Shown here in pieces: positions 10,512 to 20,785 of a stretch of 64,000 bases of DNA. The translations under genes and the position numbers were made by a program. The notes under the pieces are model-generated. The model worked only from the letters and a program-made list of their open reading frames with translations, was not told where the DNA came from and did not search any database. The stretch lies in NCBI GenBank assembly GCA_963729535.1, contig CAVSOL010000017.1, positions 370,837 to 434,836 on the forward strand, in the 5' to 3' direction. Origin of the DNA: an uncultured Pseudomonadota bacterium. Lineage in GTDB: Bacteria; Myxococcota_A; Polyangia; Fen-1088. The stretch's first letter is position 1. Every line of letters starts with the position of its first letter.

Positions 10512-12023
10512 GTGCCTCGCTACGGTCGTTGGATGAGCCTCGACCCGATGCGTGTCGCGCCCGCGCTGCCGCCTCCACGCCACGCGCGGCCCGAACCAAA
10601 CACCGTCCTGCTCGTCAACCCGTTCTACGCCAAGGACGTCAACGCCAGCTTCGGCAAGCACGTGCTGACTCCGACGCTGGCGTTGACCAGCCTGGCGGGG
10701 GCGACGCCGCCCGGCTGGCAGGTGCGTTACTGGGACGAGAACCTGTTGCAGGGCCCGCCGCCGCTGGATCCGGTCCCGCAGGTCGTCGGCATCACCGTCC
10801 ACCTCACCTTCGCGCGGCGCGCCTACGAGCTCGCGGCCTGGTTTCGCGCGCACGGGTGCACGGTGATCCTGGGCGGGCTGCACGTGCTGTCGTGCCCGGA
10901 CGAGGTGGCCGCTCACGCGGACGCCATCGCCATCGGCAACGGCGTGCCGCTGTGGCCGCGCATCCTGGCCGACGTCGCGGCGGGCACGCTGGCGCCGCGC
11001 TATCAGGCCGAATACGGCGACTACGGTCGCGATCCCAGCCCCGACCGCTCGATCCTGCCGCGCTGGGGTTTCCTGACCGGCGCGTCGCTGATCGCCACGC
11101 AGGGCTGCCACAACCGCTGCGGCTTCTGTTATCTCGCCACCGGCGACACCCGCATCAAGTACCAGATGCGCGCGCCCGCGCAGGTGGCCGCCGAGTTCGC
11201 CGCGACCGGCGAGCCGTACGGCGTGTTCGTCGACAACAACCTGGGCTCGAACCGCCGCTACCTCCGCGCCCTGTGCCAGGCGCTGGCCCCGCTGGACAAG
11301 ATCTGGAGCGCGGCGGTCACGCTGGACGTCAGCGATGAGCCGGCGCTGGTGCGCGAGATGGCGCTGGCCGGCTGCACCGGCGTCTTCATCGGCTTCGAGA
11401 GCCTGACCGACGACAACCTGCGCGCCGCCGGCAAGCGCAGCCCGCGCGCCGACGACTATGCCCGCCGCATCGACATCTTCCACCGCAACGGCATCCAGGT
11501 GAACGGCAGCTTCGTGCTCGGCTTCGACCACGATCGGCCCGACGTGTTCTCGACGCTGGCCGACTGGATCGAGGAGCAGCGCCTCGAGTGCGCCACCTTC
11601 CACATCCTGACCCCGTATCCGAACACGCCGCTGTTCCGCCAGATGCAGGCCGAGGGGCGCCTGCTGCACGAGGACTGGTCTCGCTACGACACCGCTCACT
11701 GCGTGTTCCGGCCCCGGCACATGAGCCCCGCCGAGCTGGAGGCCGGCTACGCGTGGATCTATCGCCGCCTGTTCTCGCTTCGATCGATCTGGGCGCGCCG
11801 TCCACGTCAGGTCAGCGCCGTGTTGCCCTATCTGGGGATGGCGATCCTCTACAAGCGCGCGAACCCGCTGTGGCAGTGGCTGATTCGCCACCGCCTCACG
11901 CACACCGTCTGGGGCCCGCTCGTGCGCCTGACCCGCGCCCGCCATCGCAGCTTCCGCCGCCGGCTCGCGACGTCGCTGTCGGTGCCGGGGCCGCTGCGGT
12001 TGCCGGTTCAGCCCAGCGTATAG
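10512..12023 (+). CDS. Cobalamin-binding domain radical SAM protein
   Basis: CHNRCGFC (CxxxCxxC), ILGGLH, IGFES, FVLGFDHD and LTPYPNT. Confidence 0.9.
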   Translation: MPRYGRWMSLDPMRVAPALPPPRHARPEPNTVLLVNPFYAKDVNASFGKHVLTPTLALTSLAGATPPGWQVRYWDENLLQGPPPLDPVPQVVGITVHLTFARRAYELAAWFRAHGCTVILGGLHVLSCPDEVAAHADAIAIGNGVPLWPRILADVAAGTLAPRYQAEYGDYGRDPSPDRSILPRWGFLTGASLIATQGCHNRCGFCYLATGDTRIKYQMRAPAQVAAEFAATGEPYGVFVDNNLGSNRRYLRALCQALAPLDKIWSAAVTLDVSDEPALVREMALAGCTGVFIGFESLTDDNLRAAGKRSPRADDYARRIDIFHRNGIQVNGSFVLGFDHDRPDVFSTLADWIEEQRLECATFHILTPYPNTPLFRQMQAEGRLLHEDWSRYDTAHCVFRPRHMSPAELEAGYAWIYRRLFSLRSIWARRPRQVSAVLPYLGMAILYKRANPLWQWLIRHRLTHTVWGPLVRLTRARHRSFRRRLATSLSVPGPLRLPVQPSV

Positions 12024-12033
12024 TCGCCGGGCT

Positions 12034-12610
12034 TTGTCACGCGGCGCGATCTACCGAGCGGCGCTCGCGTTGTGCTGCGTGCTCGCGGCGCCGGCAGGCG
12101 CGCGCGCGCAATCGTCGTGGCGGTCGCGGCTCGCGCCGACGCTCGACGTGCGCGGCGAGGTCGGCTCTGGATCCGTCGCCGGCATCGACCTCGGCGTCAT
12201 CGGGGCCGGCGTCGAATGGCGGGCGACGCCACGGCTTCGCCTGCGCGTGGCGGCGCTGCTGCTCGGCGCCACCGGAAGCGCGGACGGACGGACGAACGGC
12301 CAGCGGAGGCGCGGGTGGCGAGCTCGCGGTGCGCGTGGTCCCGTTTCCGCAGTGGCCGGCGCGGCCGTACCTGCGCGCTTCGGCCGGAATGCTGCTGTTC
12401 TTGCGGCAGCCGTTTCTGCCCGGCGGCGACTTCTACGACTTCATCACCCAGCTCGGCGTCGGCCTCGAGGTCCCCGTGAGCGATCGGTTGTCGCTGATCG
12501 CTGACGTGCACGCTGTTCATCTTTCGAACGGGCAGGGGCTCGGCCCGTTCAACCCGGCGTTCACGGGCGGCGGTGTTCTGCTCGGCGCGGCCTACACGCT
12601 CGCGCCGTGA
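12034..12610 (+). CDS. PagL-like / acyloxyacyl hydrolase beta-barrel (frameshift near 12300)
   Basis: Signal peptide, beta-strands and catalytic-like HLSNG..NP motif. Confidence 0.65.
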
Positions 12611-12777
12611 TGGCGCCGCCAGTCAGCGGACTTCCCGAATTTGACGTAATGACGTTCGTTTCCACCCGGGTTAATGAGCCGGTTTGGTGGTCTTGATGCA
12701 TCGATGCTACGGGCTCCGGCTGTGGCTAGGGGGAAGAGCATCGACCGGGTCCTCCATCAACCGAGGAGGCGGAGAAC

Positions 12778-13686
12778 ATGAAACGATCAGGAATGCAGGG
12801 GCTGTTGCAGTGTGGGCGTGCGTCCGTGTTGGGGCTTGGCGCCTTGGCGCTGGTCGCCGGCTGTCTGGGCGACGCGACGTCCGAGGACATCGACGACGTC
12901 GAGACCACGCAGGGAGCCATCGTCGGGGGTTCGGTTGCAAACCCCTACTCGTTCCCATTTCAGGTGTACCTCTACGTGACGCGAGCTGATGGATCGATCT
13001 CCTCCTGCGGCGGGGCGCTGCTGAACCAGCGGTGGGTGATCACCGCTGCCCACTGCGTAAACGGCGGGATCCAGGGGTTGTACGCGTTTCTCGGAATGCA
13101 CCACGTGCTTCCGCCGATCGACGGCGGCGTGGCGCCGTATCCCGATGACTACGAGAGCTTCTACGCTGTTCACCCGGTGACGAGCCAGAACGTCGTTTTC
13201 CACCCGAGCAACAACGGGCAGCCTAGCCCGATGCGATACGACATGGCGCTGCTGAAATTGAACGGCACCGTGACATTGACCAATCGCGTGAAGACCATCG
13301 CGCTCGCGCCCGTTGGTGCCAGCGGGTCGACGTATGCTACCGGATGGGGCGCCGTCGAAGGGTTCAGTGGACCGGAATGGTCCGACTACCTGAAGGTCGC
13401 GACGCTGCCGGTTCGGTCGACGTCGACCTGCAACAACGCCGGCCCCGGTGCCATTCGCACGCTGTTCTCCGACGAGATCTGTGCCGGGTACGGCAACAGC
13501 ACGAACCCGCTGAAGGGCACGTGCCACGGCGACAGCGGCGGTCCCTTCTTCATCCAGTCTGGATCGACGAGGCAGCTGCTCGGCGTCACGAGCTGGGGGA
13601 CCTTGTACTGCACGGACTATGCGGTGTTCTCGAAGGTCAACTCGACGTCCACGCTCAACTGGATCAACGGCAAGATCGTCCAGTGA
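12778..13686 (+). CDS. Trypsin-like serine protease (S1), lipoprotein
   Basis: IVGG mature N-terminus; catalytic triad motifs TAAHC, DMALLKL and GDSGGP. Confidence 0.93.
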   Translation: MKRSGMQGLLQCGRASVLGLGALALVAGCLGDATSEDIDDVETTQGAIVGGSVANPYSFPFQVYLYVTRADGSISSCGGALLNQRWVITAAHCVNGGIQGLYAFLGMHHVLPPIDGGVAPYPDDYESFYAVHPVTSQNVVFHPSNNGQPSPMRYDMALLKLNGTVTLTNRVKTIALAPVGASGSTYATGWGAVEGFSGPEWSDYLKVATLPVRSTSTCNNAGPGAIRTLFSDEICAGYGNSTNPLKGTCHGDSGGPFFIQSGSTRQLLGVTSWGTLYCTDYAVFSKVNSTSTLNWINGKIVQ

Positions 13687-13702
13687 TCGCGACGATGTTC
13701 GG

Positions 13703-14356
13703 CTAGGCGACTGGCTGGGCGCTCTTCCAGTCGTTCGGCCTGAACGCGGCCTGCACGGCGCGCCAGACGGCCGCCTCGCCGGCGACGGTCAGCTTGCCGC
13801 CGCGCTGTAGCTCCGAGGCCGCGACGCCCTTGAACAGCCAGGCCTGGAACGCCTCGAGCGGGCCGGCAACGATGAGCTGCGGCCGCGCCGCCTCGCGCTC
13901 CTTGACGTGCAGGTACGCCGCTTCGAACACCAGCTCGAAGCGCCGGTCACCGACGCGCAGCTCGACGACCGCGTCGACGCCGCCGCGATAGCGCCGCTTG
14001 AGCGCCAGCAGGCCCCAGCCCACGTTCGTGATGTCGCCACGCCGGGGCGTATCCATGAAGTTGGCGCCCCAGCGCCCCAGCTCGACGACCACCGGCTCCA
14101 GCGCGGCGCCCAGCGCGGTCAGCTCGTAGCGCGCCGGGTGGCCATCCCGCTTCGCGATCAGGCCGCCCGACTCCATCGCTCGCAGCCGCGACGCCAGCAG
14201 GTTGGTGGTGATCCCCGGCAGCTCCGTCATCAGGTCGGAGTACCGCCGCGGCCCCAGCATCAGGTTGCGCACGATGAGCAGCGTCCACCGCTCGCTGACG
14301 ATGTCCAGCGCCCGCGCCATCGAGCAGAACTGGCCGTAACTGCGTCGCTTTGCCAC
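13703..14356 (-). CDS. HxlR-family winged-helix regulator with SCP2-like C-terminus
   Basis: YGQFCSMARALDIVSERWTLLIVRNL, GPRRY and YELTALG. Confidence 0.9.
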   Translation of the reverse strand: MAKRRSYGQFCSMARALDIVSERWTLLIVRNLMLGPRRYSDLMTELPGITTNLLASRLRAMESGGLIAKRDGHPARYELTALGAALEPVVVELGRWGANFMDTPRRGDITNVGWGLLALKRRYRGGVDAVVELRVGDRRFELVFEAAYLHVKEREAARPQLIVAGPLEAFQAWLFKGVAASELQRGGKLTVAGEAAVWRAVQAAFRPNDWKSAQPVA

Positions 14357-14364
14357 GAGGCTAG

Positions 14365-14405
14365 AACTATCAGATTTTACAGTTGACGCTATTAATATTT
14401 AAAGT
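14365..14405. promoter_or_regulatory. Putative HxlR operator(s) in divergent promoter
   Basis: AT-rich AACT-N12-AGTT inverted repeat plus a second degenerate copy between the divergent genes. Confidence 0.5.
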
Positions 14406-14417
14406 ACCGTCTGACTC

Positions 14418-15155
14418 ATGGATACGACAGTCGTCCGCATCGGCATTCCCGGCATCGCCCTGGCGCTCAGCGTGCTGTTCGTCGCCGCCACCTGGCGGAC
14501 CGGCGACGGGCTGCAACCCGCGGCTCGCCGGCGGCGGACGATCCTCGCCGGCGCCGGCATCGCGCTCTGGCTGGCGGCGATGGCGGCCGCGGCGCTGTCG
14601 GGCCTGCTCGGCCGCTTCGATGTGCGCCCGCCGCCCATGGTGATCTGGTTCGCGTCGATGGTGGTGATGACGCTCGCCCTGGCGTGGTCGCCGTTCGGGC
14701 GCCGGTTCGCGGACAAGCTGCCGTTCGTCGCGCTGATCGGCTTTCAGGCGTTCCGGCTGCCGCTGGAGCTGGTCATGCACCGCGCCGCCGTCGCCGGCAT
14801 CATGCCCAACGTCATGTCGTACACCGGCTACAACTTCGACATCGTCACCGGCGCGACGGCGCTGCCGCTTGCGCTCTACGCCTGGCGCCGCCCCGTTCCC
14901 CGCTGGTTGATCGCGCTGTGGAACGCGACCGGGCAGATCCTGCTGTTCGTCGTCGCCGGTGTGGCGCTTGCGGCGTCGCCGATCTTCCGCGCGTTCGGCG
15001 ACGACCAGCTCAACGTCTGGGTCACGGAGTTCCCTTACGTCTGGATCGCGGTGATGGTGGCCGCCGCGCTGTTCGGCCACGTCGTCACGATGCGCAAGCT
15101 GATGGCCGAGGCGCGCCGCAAGGCCGCGCCCGTCGTTGCGCCGGTGACGTCTTAA
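14418..15155 (+). CDS. Hypothetical polytopic membrane protein
   Basis: About 7 TM segments; motifs QAFRLPLE, G.NFDIVTG and FPYVW. Confidence 0.75.
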   Translation: MDTTVVRIGIPGIALALSVLFVAATWRTGDGLQPAARRRRTILAGAGIALWLAAMAAAALSGLLGRFDVRPPPMVIWFASMVVMTLALAWSPFGRRFADKLPFVALIGFQAFRLPLELVMHRAAVAGIMPNVMSYTGYNFDIVTGATALPLALYAWRRPVPRWLIALWNATGQILLFVVAGVALAASPIFRAFGDDQLNVWVTEFPYVWIAVMVAAALFGHVVTMRKLMAEARRKAAPVVAPVTS

Positions 15156-15247
15156 TAGGGCGCGGGGCCGTGGGCGGCCGTGAGCCATCGCGCCCGGCGT
15201 CGCGACACTGATGGTGTAGCGCCAGCGGGCGCGAGGAGCGCACCTAC

Positions 15248-16465
15248 ATGGACCGCCCCAGAGCCGTCACAGAATCCGTTGTTGCCGCGGCGCGCAGGCC
15301 GGCGCCGCTGGCCTGTGCCATGGTCGCTTTGCTCGCGGCGTCCTGCGCCAGCGTCGTGGCGCCAGCCATCGGGCCCGCCGGCGCGGGCGGCAACGCGGGC
15401 GGCCGCGCGGGCTCGGCCGGGGGCGCGAGCGGAGGGACCGCGGGCGGCGGCCCGACGGGATTCGGCGGCATCACCGTATCGGATGGCGGCCGCAGCGAGG
15501 CCGGACCCACCGAGGACGCCAACTGCGGCCTGCAGAACTTCGCGCTCGATCGCCGGCCGGCGATCGTCTTGCTGTTGCAGGATCGCTCGACGTCGATGCG
15601 CAACACGTTGAGCGGCGGCGTCACGCGCTGGGCGACGACCGTCGAAGGCGTCAAGCCGGTGCTGCAGCAGACGCAGGCGGGCATCTCCTGGGGCCTCAAA
15701 TTCTTTCCCGACGGCAAGGAGTGCGGTGTCACGGCCGGCGTGAACATCGCGCCCGCGGTGAACAACGCCGCCGCGATCGCCGCCCAGCTCGACTCGATCA
15801 AGATCGTCGCCAACTCGCCGGACAATCTCGGCCTGTGGGACGGGACGCCGGTCGCTCCCGCGCTGAGACAGGCGGCGCGCTACCTGGCCTCGCTCCCCAG
15901 CGACAAGCAGAAGTACATCTTGCTCGCGACCGACGGCCAGCCGACGTGCGCGGGCGGCGATCCGCTGGTCGGCGGCGGCGACTCCGACAGCGACGATCAT
16001 CCGAGCGGTCCCGCCGCCGTCACCGAGGTCGTCAACATGGGCATCAAGGTGCCGGTGATCGGCGTCGCGTTCTCGGACACGTGGGACCCCACGGACCTGG
16101 ACGACAACGAGGTCACGTTGAACAACATGGCGAAGGCGGGCGGCATGCCGCGCCCGACGGATCCCGCGTATTACGCCGCCAACTCGTCGGCCGAGCTCGC
16201 CGCCGCGTTCGCGCAGATCACCGGCATCCTCATCAGCTGCACGTTCGACCTCAAAGGCATGAAGCCGCCGTCGCCGGACGACGTCGCCGTCAAGATCGAC
16301 GGCGTCAAGGTGCCGCGCGACAAGACGCACGCCGAGGGGTGGGACTACGACGCGGACGCCGCGAACGTGGTCATCCACGGTCAGGCGTGCGAGCAGCTCA
16401 AGGGCGTCGGCGCGACCAACAACGTCCAGATCATCTTCGGCTGCCCCGGCATCATCATCGACTAG
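15248..16465 (+). CDS. VWA-domain lipoprotein (CglB-like)
   Basis: MIDAS DRSTSM, GTP, LATDG.P.C, LNNMAKAGG and C-terminal GW..HGQAC..IFGC. Confidence 0.85.
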   Translation: MDRPRAVTESVVAAARRPAPLACAMVALLAASCASVVAPAIGPAGAGGNAGGRAGSAGGASGGTAGGGPTGFGGITVSDGGRSEAGPTEDANCGLQNFALDRRPAIVLLLQDRSTSMRNTLSGGVTRWATTVEGVKPVLQQTQAGISWGLKFFPDGKECGVTAGVNIAPAVNNAAAIAAQLDSIKIVANSPDNLGLWDGTPVAPALRQAARYLASLPSDKQKYILLATDGQPTCAGGDPLVGGGDSDSDDHPSGPAAVTEVVNMGIKVPVIGVAFSDTWDPTDLDDNEVTLNNMAKAGGMPRPTDPAYYAANSSAELAAAFAQITGILISCTFDLKGMKPPSPDDVAVKIDGVKVPRDKTHAEGWDYDADAANVVIHGQACEQLKGVGATNNVQIIFGCPGIIID

Positions 16466-16503
16466 CCGGGGGTCGTTCGCGCTCCCGACGTGACGCGGCG
16501 GGC

Positions 16504-16533
16504 CTGTCGCAGAACCGTCACAAGACATTCACC
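16504..16533 (+). promoter_or_regulatory. Pho-box-like direct repeats upstream of ppx
   Basis: GTCGC (16506), GTCAC (16517) and TTCAC (16528) at exact 11-bp spacing. Confidence 0.55.
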
Positions 16534-16577
16534 GCCCCGCCGCCCGAGCTATCGATCCGCCGTGTAGCGTTGTTATC

Positions 16578-17531
16578 GTGAAAATCGCGGCACTCGACGC
16601 AGGGTCGCACTCCTTCCACTTGATCGTGGCGGAGGTGGGTCCGTCCGGCACGCACCGGATCATCGATCGGTCGAAGGAGATCGTGCGTATCGGCGAGGAG
16701 ACCTTGCGGACGCGCGTCATCCCGGACGACAGCTTCGCGCGTGGCCTCGCCGCGCTGGCCAGGCTTCGCTGCTTCAGCGACGCCCATGCGCCCGAAGCTT
16801 TCGTGGCGGTCGCGACGCAGGCCATCCGCGCGGCCAACAACGGCGCCGCCTTCGTCAAGGCGGCGCGCGAACGCGTGGGCGTCGAACTGCGGACCGTGAC
16901 GGGAGACGAAGAGGCGCGTCTGGTTTACCTCGGCGCTCGCCAGTCGCTGGATCTGACGAGGGGCCGCCGCGTCGCCCTGTTTGATCTCGGCGGTGGATCA
17001 CTGGAAGCGCTGGTCGCGGACGACAAGCGGATCCTGTTCACACGATCGCTCCCCGTCGGCGGTATTCCACTCGCAGAAAGCTGGCTCCGCGGCGAGCCGC
17101 CGAACGCCCAGCGGCTCGCCGACATGCGCGCCGCACTCCGGCTGCAGCTCGCGCCGGTGCTGGCGGAGATGACGAAGGTTGGTTTCGACTTCGTGGCGCT
17201 GGTAGGCGGCACCTCGAACGCGGTGCGCGACATCGTGACCTCCCAGAACGGCAACTCCGGGATCAGGCTCAACAAAATTCAGCTCACTGATCTGAGATCC
17301 TTGGAGCTCGAGCTGGCCACGATGACAACCAGGCAGCGCATCGAGGTGCCGGGACTGCATTCGAAACGAGTCGATACAATCGTCCCCGGGACCAGCGTGC
17401 TGCGCACGGTGATCGAGCTTTCTGGCCGAAAACAAGCGGACTTGTGCCGCAGCACGATCCGCGACGGCATCGTCGCCGACTACGTCGCGCGCCTGTCGTC
17501 GGTCCGCGAGCGCTTCAAGTCAGCCTGCTGA
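16578..17531 (+). CDS. ppx: Ppx/GppA family exopolyphosphatase (short form, no HD domain)
   Basis: AALDAGSHSFHL, VATQAIRAANNG, GDEEARL, DLGGGSLE and IRDG. Confidence 0.9.
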   Translation: MKIAALDAGSHSFHLIVAEVGPSGTHRIIDRSKEIVRIGEETLRTRVIPDDSFARGLAALARLRCFSDAHAPEAFVAVATQAIRAANNGAAFVKAARERVGVELRTVTGDEEARLVYLGARQSLDLTRGRRVALFDLGGGSLEALVADDKRILFTRSLPVGGIPLAESWLRGEPPNAQRLADMRAALRLQLAPVLAEMTKVGFDFVALVGGTSNAVRDIVTSQNGNSGIRLNKIQLTDLRSLELELATMTTRQRIEVPGLHSKRVDTIVPGTSVLRTVIELSGRKQADLCRSTIRDGIVADYVARLSSVRERFKSAC

Positions 17532-17609
17532 CGCTCTGGACGCCTAGACGCGTCGCGGGCGATTCGCAGCCCGGGGGCCATTCCGGACGGGACTTTCGCG
17601 TGCGCGAAA

Positions 17610-17647
17610 GTAAAAATCGCGTGACATTCCCGTTGCGAAAATGCGAC
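17610..17647. promoter_or_regulatory. Pho-box-like 11-bp-phased repeats upstream of the porin operon
   Basis: GTAAA (17610), GTGAC (17621), GTTGC (17632) and GCGAC (17643), i.e. GTCAC-like on the minus strand. Confidence 0.5.
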
Positions 17648-17671
17648 GGAATGAAGGTCCCTGGACAACCC

Positions 17672-19048
17672 ATGAGACTAGCGTTCCTGAAATCGCGCCT
17701 CGTGTTCGCCGCCGTCTGTGTCACCTGCCTTCTGGGCAGAAACGCGGCGGCTCAACCAGAGCCCTCCGTGTCCGTGCCGACCGACGCGCCGGATGCGTCG
17801 CCCGTGCCCGCTGACGGGATTCCGCCTGCGCCGCCACCGCCCGCGGCTGCTCCCGAAAGTGGGGTCAACCTCGAGACCGGGAACGAGACGGCGCCGCTCG
17901 AACCCGCCGACGGCGAAAAGAAGAAGAAGAAGAAAAAGAAGGACGGCGACGGAAGCGACGACGGCGCCAGCAACGTGCGGTCGAACTACGGCGTCGGCCA
18001 GATCAGGCTGGGCGGCTACATCTTTGCTCGCGGCGATCTGCTGCGAATCGATCAGACAACGGTCGACAGCGCGGGGGTACCGGTCACGCGTGATGTGAAC
18101 ACGTTCGACCTGTCGGTCCCCAGCGCGCGTTTTCGCGTCGACTACCTGTCACCCTGGCCTTGGCTGACCGGCCAGATCGAGGTCGACTTCGCGGGTAAGC
18201 CTGACTTGCGCGACGGTTACGTGCAGGCGAAGGGGGAACGCGCGGCGTTCCGGATGGGCCAGTTCAAGATGCCGGTGCTGGCGATGCAGATGGAATCGCC
18301 GTGGGTGCTGCCGCTGGTTCGTCGCGGGTTGATCCACGATCTCACGGTCGACTGGCTGGACGTCGCGGGGCGCCTGCCGGGGGCGATGCTGACCCTCCGC
18401 GAAAAGTTCGGCGACATCAAACCGAAGCTGTTCCTGGGCGCGTTCCAGGCCAGGAGGTTCGTGGAGATCGACGTCGACGGCACCCGCGACACCGACCTGG
18501 TCCGCGAGCGCTCGCTGTCGTCCCAGAAGCTCGTGGCGCGCGGTCAGGTCGACATCGGTAGCGTGGAGATCGGCGCGGTGTACGAGCACCGCATCGGTTC
18601 TCCGGCGTTCAGCCAGCTCCTGCGGCTGTGGACCGCGGGCGGCGACGTGACGGTCAACCACGTGTTCGCGACCGGCGGGTTGAGGATCTGGGTCGACGCA
18701 CTGGCGGGCGCGAGCTGGTACGAGCTGGCCACCAAGGCGGCCGACGGCAAGTACGCGACGTTCGTCACGGCGCGCGCGCTGGTGGCCTATCGCTTCGGCG
18801 GCGTCGTGCCCGAGGCGCCTTATGTCGAGCCGTATGTGTTCGGCGGCATGTTCGATCCGGACGTCGACATCTCCACGGACCTGGCGTGGGAGGCGACGGC
18901 AGGGGTCAACTTCGGCTTCTTCGGTCGGGCGCGCGTGACCCTGCAGGCCGAGATGGATCGCGCCCAGCGCAACCTCCCGATCGGCTACCTGGCGGGCATC
19001 AGCCCGAATCGCATGGCGTTCATCGCGCAGGTGGGGTTGGCTTACTGA
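17672..19048 (+). CDS. Outer-membrane porin, OprO/OprP-like (phosphate/polyphosphate-selective candidate)
   Basis: Signal peptide, Pro-rich linker, LRDGYV..FRMGQFKMP motif, amphipathic strands and C-terminal Tyr. Confidence 0.7.
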   Translation: MRLAFLKSRLVFAAVCVTCLLGRNAAAQPEPSVSVPTDAPDASPVPADGIPPAPPPPAAAPESGVNLETGNETAPLEPADGEKKKKKKKKDGDGSDDGASNVRSNYGVGQIRLGGYIFARGDLLRIDQTTVDSAGVPVTRDVNTFDLSVPSARFRVDYLSPWPWLTGQIEVDFAGKPDLRDGYVQAKGERAAFRMGQFKMPVLAMQMESPWVLPLVRRGLIHDLTVDWLDVAGRLPGAMLTLREKFGDIKPKLFLGAFQARRFVEIDVDGTRDTDLVRERSLSSQKLVARGQVDIGSVEIGAVYEHRIGSPAFSQLLRLWTAGGDVTVNHVFATGGLRIWVDALAGASWYELATKAADGKYATFVTARALVAYRFGGVVPEAPYVEPYVFGGMFDPDVDISTDLAWEATAGVNFGFFGRARVTLQAEMDRAQRNLPIGYLAGISPNRMAFIAQVGLAY

Positions 19049-20782
19049 TGTTCGTCGTCTTCGAAGGCATCGACGGCAGCGGCAAGACCACGGTGTCGAA
19101 CCGTGTCGCCGATCGACTGCGCGAAGCCGGCCTCAAGGTCTGCCACCTGCGCGCGGACGGCAAGTTCGCGTCCGCGGTGTCGGAGGGTCTGCGCGGCTTC
19201 GGGCGCGACTCGCGCAACCTGGACATGGTGCCGCAGGCGGAGTTCCTGCTCTACGTCGCGCGCGACGTGCAGCTCATCGAGCAGGTGTTGCGCCCGTCGC
19301 TGGCCGTCAACGACGTCGTGATCTCCGATCGATTCCTCTACACGCCCGAGGTGCTGGGCCGCACCGCACGCAACCTGGGCGAGGACTTCACGGCGCCGAT
19401 CCTGCGCGCGGCTGCGGGTGGGCTGACGCCCGATCTCGCCGTGCTCGTCGACGTCGATCCGGTGCTGGCCCGCGCGCGCCGCAAGGCGTTCAAGCTGTCG
19501 GTGCTCGACAAGCGGCCGCCGGCGCGCAAGGGGTTGGCCGGCGCCGGCCTGCAGCACCGCCTGCGCCGTGGCTACCTCGACCTGGCCGAGGCGTCACCGC
19601 GGTTGTGGGCCGTGGTCGATAACGAAGACATCCTGGAGGACACCGTCGCGCGCGTCACAGCGCTGATCAGCGAGGCGCGGCGGGACGGAACGCCGGCCGC
19701 GCTCGAACGCTTCCGCGCGGCGAGCAGCACGCGCAGCCGCGCCGCTGCCGCGCAGCGACGCCCGTCGGCCGGCATCGCCCGCCGAAGCGGTGCCGGTGTT
19801 TCTCGAGCTCATCGACAAGCGCATGGAGCGGGAGCCCGGCGTCGCCGCGTACCTGCTCGGCGGCCTCGCGGGTCCCGGCGTCGACGAACGCCGGCGGCTG
19901 CTGGCCGAGCGGGTTCCCGACGCGGTGGCCGCCGCGCTCACCGCGTTGACCGACGACGTGAGCTTCGAGCTGCGCGAGCGGTTGTCGGCCGTGGCGCCCG
20001 CCGCGGTCGCCCGATCGCTGGAGGAGGTGCCGTCCGACAACGCGCGCGCCGCCGCCCTTCGCGCCGCCCTCGAGCCGCTCGCGCCGGTCGACGTCGCCCT
20101 GTCGTTGAATCGACTGGACGACGAGGCCGCATGGCAGGCACGGGAGCGCCTGTTCGATCGCTGCGCCAACGTCGTGATGGCATCGCTGGAGGCGCTGCCA
20201 TCTGAACGGGCGTGGGAGCTACGCGAGCGCTGGCTGAGCGGGCTCGGCGGCAAGCTGGAAGACAAGATCGAGGCCCACTACGAGCTGGCGAGCGCCGCGA
20301 CGCAATCGATCTGGTCGCTCGGCGACGCGCGGGCCTGGCGCCTGCGGCTGGCGGCGCGCCCGGCCGCGCCCGTGGCGGCGCTCGCGTCGGTCGCCGGCCT
20401 CGAAGATCCCGAAAGCTGGAGCTGGCGCCGGGAGCTGCTGGCGCGCGCCCCGAAGGTCGTCATGGCGACCTTGCGGGAGGTGGACCAGCCCGAGGCATGG
20501 TCGATGCGCCAGCAGGTGGCCGCCGCGTGCAAGGAAGCGCTGGACGGCATCGAGGGCATGGACCAGCCCGAGGCGTGGGCGCTGCGCGACGACCACGCCG
20601 ACCGGTGGCCGTCGACGGTGGTCAAGTCACTGGGAGCGCTGGCCGACGGTGCCAGAGGAAGGAGCCTGCTGCTCCGGCAGCTCGACGCGCACGGGAGCAA
20701 CGTGTCGCTGCTGAAACACGCCGCCGCGGTGGCGCTGGGTCTGCATCGCGCCCGGACGCCCGAGCGAAAGCAAACGAGGTAA
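19048..20782 (+). CDS. tmk: Thymidylate-kinase-like P-loop kinase fused to a helical-repeat domain (frameshift near 19760-19775)
   Basis: MFVVFEGIDGSGKTT, LLYVAR, SDRF and PDL..LVD. The downstream frame carries ~27-aa AWxLR repeats. TGATG coupling to the porin. Confidence 0.8.
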
Positions 20783-20785
20783 CCG

